A DNA stretch of 64,000 nucleotides, from positions 347,510,001-347,574,000 of the forward strand of contig OZ024742.1 in the NCBI GenBank assembly GCA_964016885.1. Direction: 5' to 3'. The translations under genes and the position numbers were made by a program. Under the pieces are notes generated by a model. The model made no database searches. It was given only the letters and a program-made list of their open reading frames with translations, and had not been told where the DNA came from. This document shows positions 61,511-64,000 of this stretch, piece by piece (within the stretch, counting starts at the first letter, position 1; each line of letters opens with the position of its first letter). The stretch comes from Eledone cirrhosa. Lineage: Eukaryota.

Positions 61511-64000
61511 CCTCACCCCATCACATCTCTATATCAGTCTTCTCTCACCCCATCACATCTCTATATCACAGTCTTCTCTCACCCCATCACATCTCTATAT
61601 CAGTCTTCTCTCACCCCATCACATCTCTATATCAGTCTTCTCTCATCCCATCACGTCTCTATATCACAGTCTTCTCTCACCCCATCACATCTCTATGTCA
61701 GTCTTCTCTCACCCCATCACATCTCTATATCACAGTCTTCTCTCATCTCATCACATCTCTATAACACAGTCTTCTCTCACCCCATCACATCTCTATATCA
61801 CAGTCTTCTCTCACCCCATCACATCTCTATATCAGTCTTCCATCACCCCATCACATCTCTATATCACAGCCTTCTCTCATCTCATCACATCTCTATAACA
61901 CAGTCTTCTCTCACCCCATCACATCTCTATATCACAGTCTTCTCTCACCCAATCACATCTCTATATCACAGTCTTCTCTCACCGCATCACATCTCTATAT
62001 CAGTCTTCTCTCATCCCATCACATCTCTATATCAGTCTTCTCTCACCCCATCACATCTCTATATCACAGTCTTCTCTCATCTCATCACATCTCTATATCA
62101 CAGTCTTCTCTCACCCCATCACATCTCTATAACACAGTCTTCTCTCATCCCATCACATCTCTATATCACAGTCTTCTCTCATCCCATCACATCTCTATAT
62201 CACAGTCTTCTCTCACCCCATCACATCTCTATATCACAGTCATCTCTCACCCCATCACATCTCTATATCAGTCTTCTCTCACCCCATCACATCTCTATAT
62301 CACAGTCTTCTCTCACCCCATCACATCTCTATATCACAGTCATCTCTCACCCCATAACATCTCTATATCAGTCTTCTCTCACCCCATCACATCTCTATAT
62401 CACAGTCTTCTCTCACCCCATCACATCTCTATATCACAGTCATCTCTCACCCCATCACATCTCTATATCAGACTTCTCTCACCCCATGACATCTCTATAT
62501 CACAGTCTTCTCTCACCCCATCACATCTCTATAACACAGTCTTCTCTCACCCCATCACATCTCTATATCAGTCTTCTCTCATCCCATCACATCTCTATAT
62601 CAGTCTTCTCTCACCCCATCACATCTCTATATCACAGTCTTCTCTCACCCCATCACATCTCTATATCACAGTCTTCCCTCACCCCATCACATCTCTATAT
62701 CAGTCTTCTCTCATCCCATCACATCTCTATATCAGTCTTCTCTCACCCCATCACATCTCTATATCAGTCTTCCCTCACCCCATCACATCTCTATATCAGT
62801 CTTCTCTCACCCCATCACATCTCTATATCAGTCTTCTCTCACCCCATCACATCTCTATATCACAGTCTTCTCTCACCCCATCACATCTCTATATCAGTCT
62901 TCTCTCACCCCATCACATCTCTATATCAGTCTTCTCTCACCCCATCACATCTCTATATCACAGTCTTCCCTCACCCCATCACATCTCTATATCAGTCTTC
63001 TCTCACCCCATCACATCTCTATATCACAGTCTTCTCTCACCCCATCACATCTCTATATCACAGTCTTCTCTCACCCCATCACATCTCTATATTACAGTCT
63101 TCTCTCACCCCATCACATCTCTATATCACAGTCTTCTCTCATCCCATCACATCTCTATATCACAGTCTTCTCTCACCCCATCACATCTCTATATCAGTCT
63201 TCTCTCACCCCATCACATCTCTATATCACAGTCTTCTCTCACCCCATCACATCTCTATATCAGTCTTCCCTCACGCCATCACATCTCTATATCACAGTCT
63301 TCCCTCACCCCATCACATCTCTATATCAGTCTTCTCTCACCCCATCACATCTCTATATCACAGTCTTCTCTCACCCCATCACATCTCTATATCAGTCTTC
63401 TCTCACCCCATCACATCTCTATATCACAGTCTTCTCTCACCCCATCACATCTCTATATCAGTCTTCTCTCACCCCATCACATCTCTATAACACAGTCTTC
63501 TCTCACCCCATCACATCTCTATATCACAGTCTTCTCTCACCCCATCACATCTCTATATCAGTCTTCTCTCACCCCATCACATCTCTATATCACAGTCTTC
63601 TCTCACCCCATCACATCTCTATATCAGTCTTCTCTCACCCCATCACATCTCTATATCACAGTCTTCTCTCACCCCATAACATCTCTATAACACAGTCTTC
63701 TCTCACCCCATCACATCTCTATAACACAGTCTTCTCTCACCCCATCACATCTCTATATCACAGTCTTCTCTCACCCCATCACATCTCTATATCACAGTCT
63801 TCTCTCACCCCATCACATCTCTATATCACAGTCTTCTCTCACCCCATCACATCTCTATATCAGTCTTCTCTCATCCCATCACATCTCTATATCAGTCTTC
63901 TCTCACCCCATCACATCTCTATATCACAGTCTTCTCTCATCTCATCACATCTCTATATCACAGTCTTCTCTCACCCCATCACATCTCTATATCACAGTCT
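54114..64000. repeat. Tandem ~5.6-kb block repeat (offset 5,570, rising to 5,604 after one extra 34-mer); second copy is truncated by the window end; a partial equivalent lies at ~42,790/48,360
   Basis: GTG markers at 54755/60325 and 43431/49001 (offset 5,570); markers at 56091/61695 and 56882/62486 (offset 5,604 = 5,570 + 34). Confidence 0.85.

Larger units (their letters stand above)
1..64000. repeat. Tandem satellite/minisatellite array; 34-bp consensus CAGTCTTCTCTCACCCCATCACATCTCTATATCA with a frequent 32-bp variant (...CTATATCAGTC...); roughly 1,900 head-to-tail copies; array runs off both window edges
   Basis: Every line of the window consists of this monomer or a 1-3 nt variant of it, in the same orientation throughout. 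No non-repeat insertion was seen. Copy number is estimated as length divided by ~33 bp. Confidence 0.99.

Noticed and set aside
4591-63490. All ORFs in the supplied track (67-558 aa, S/H/L/I/P-rich) as protein-coding genes
   Set aside because: The starts are rare point variants of the monomer (GTG from GTC, ATG from ATC or ATA) and the ends are stop-creating TAA/TAG variants. The repeat period is not a multiple of 3, so there is no frame conservation. There is no signal peptide, domain, or flanking unique or regulatory sequence.
1-64000. CRISPR array (repeat length 32-34 bp is in the CRISPR range)
   Set aside because: The repeats are directly adjacent with no unique spacers. There is no palindromic repeat structure, leader or cas gene.
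1-64000. Canonical telomeric repeat or strong G-quadruplex array
   Set aside because: There is no TTAGGG/TTTAGGG/TTAGG-type unit. The minus strand has only one G4 tract per 32-34 bp, so loops would be ~28-30 nt, far from the standard G4 pattern.
1-64000. TATA boxes (TATAA/TATATA-like) and splice-like signals (CAG/GT, GTAAGT at 430, 15603, 18835, 22067, 29371)
   Set aside because: These are intrinsic parts or point variants of the monomer, with no gene context to support a function.
1-64000. Embedded transposon, inversion or unique island hidden in the array
   Set aside because: Reading through the window, I found no stretch departing from the monomer by more than a few bases and no reverse-orientation (G-rich) segment.
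1-64000. Nucleosome-phasing or helical-periodicity function (5 monomers ~160-170 bp; ~3 helical turns per monomer)
   Set aside because: No 5-mer periodicity of variants and no phased A-tracts are visible. The numerical coincidence alone is not evidence.

Overview
The whole 64-kb window is one uninterrupted, head-to-tail tandem satellite/minisatellite array. It has no unique sequence, no inversions, and no credible genes, RNA genes, transposons or CRISPR spacers. The consensus monomer is 34 bp (CAGTCTTCTCTCACCCCATCACATCTCTATATCA), intermixed with a 32-bp variant lacking one CA; this gives roughly 1,900 monomers (64,000/~33). The + strand is ~74% pyrimidine with a single G per monomer. All ORFs in the track are by-products of a monomer that has no stop codon on the + strand. 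The real structure lies in rare variant monomers, which act as barcodes. They reveal nested, overlapping multi-kb block duplications with offsets of 1,745, 2,828, 3,232 (x3), 3,790, 4,041, 5,570/5,604, 7,304, 11,324, 13,140 and 34,896 bp. They also show two alternating sub-domains, one diverged and TAA-rich, the other homogeneous with mixed 32/34-mers, and a mutation order that can be partly reconstructed. This looks like an actively turning-over, probably eukaryotic heterochromatic/centromeric/subtelomeric satellite with irregular, nascent higher-order repeats. I do not recognise the family or the organism. Offsets were measured by eye from marker positions, and block boundaries are approximate to about one or two monomers.
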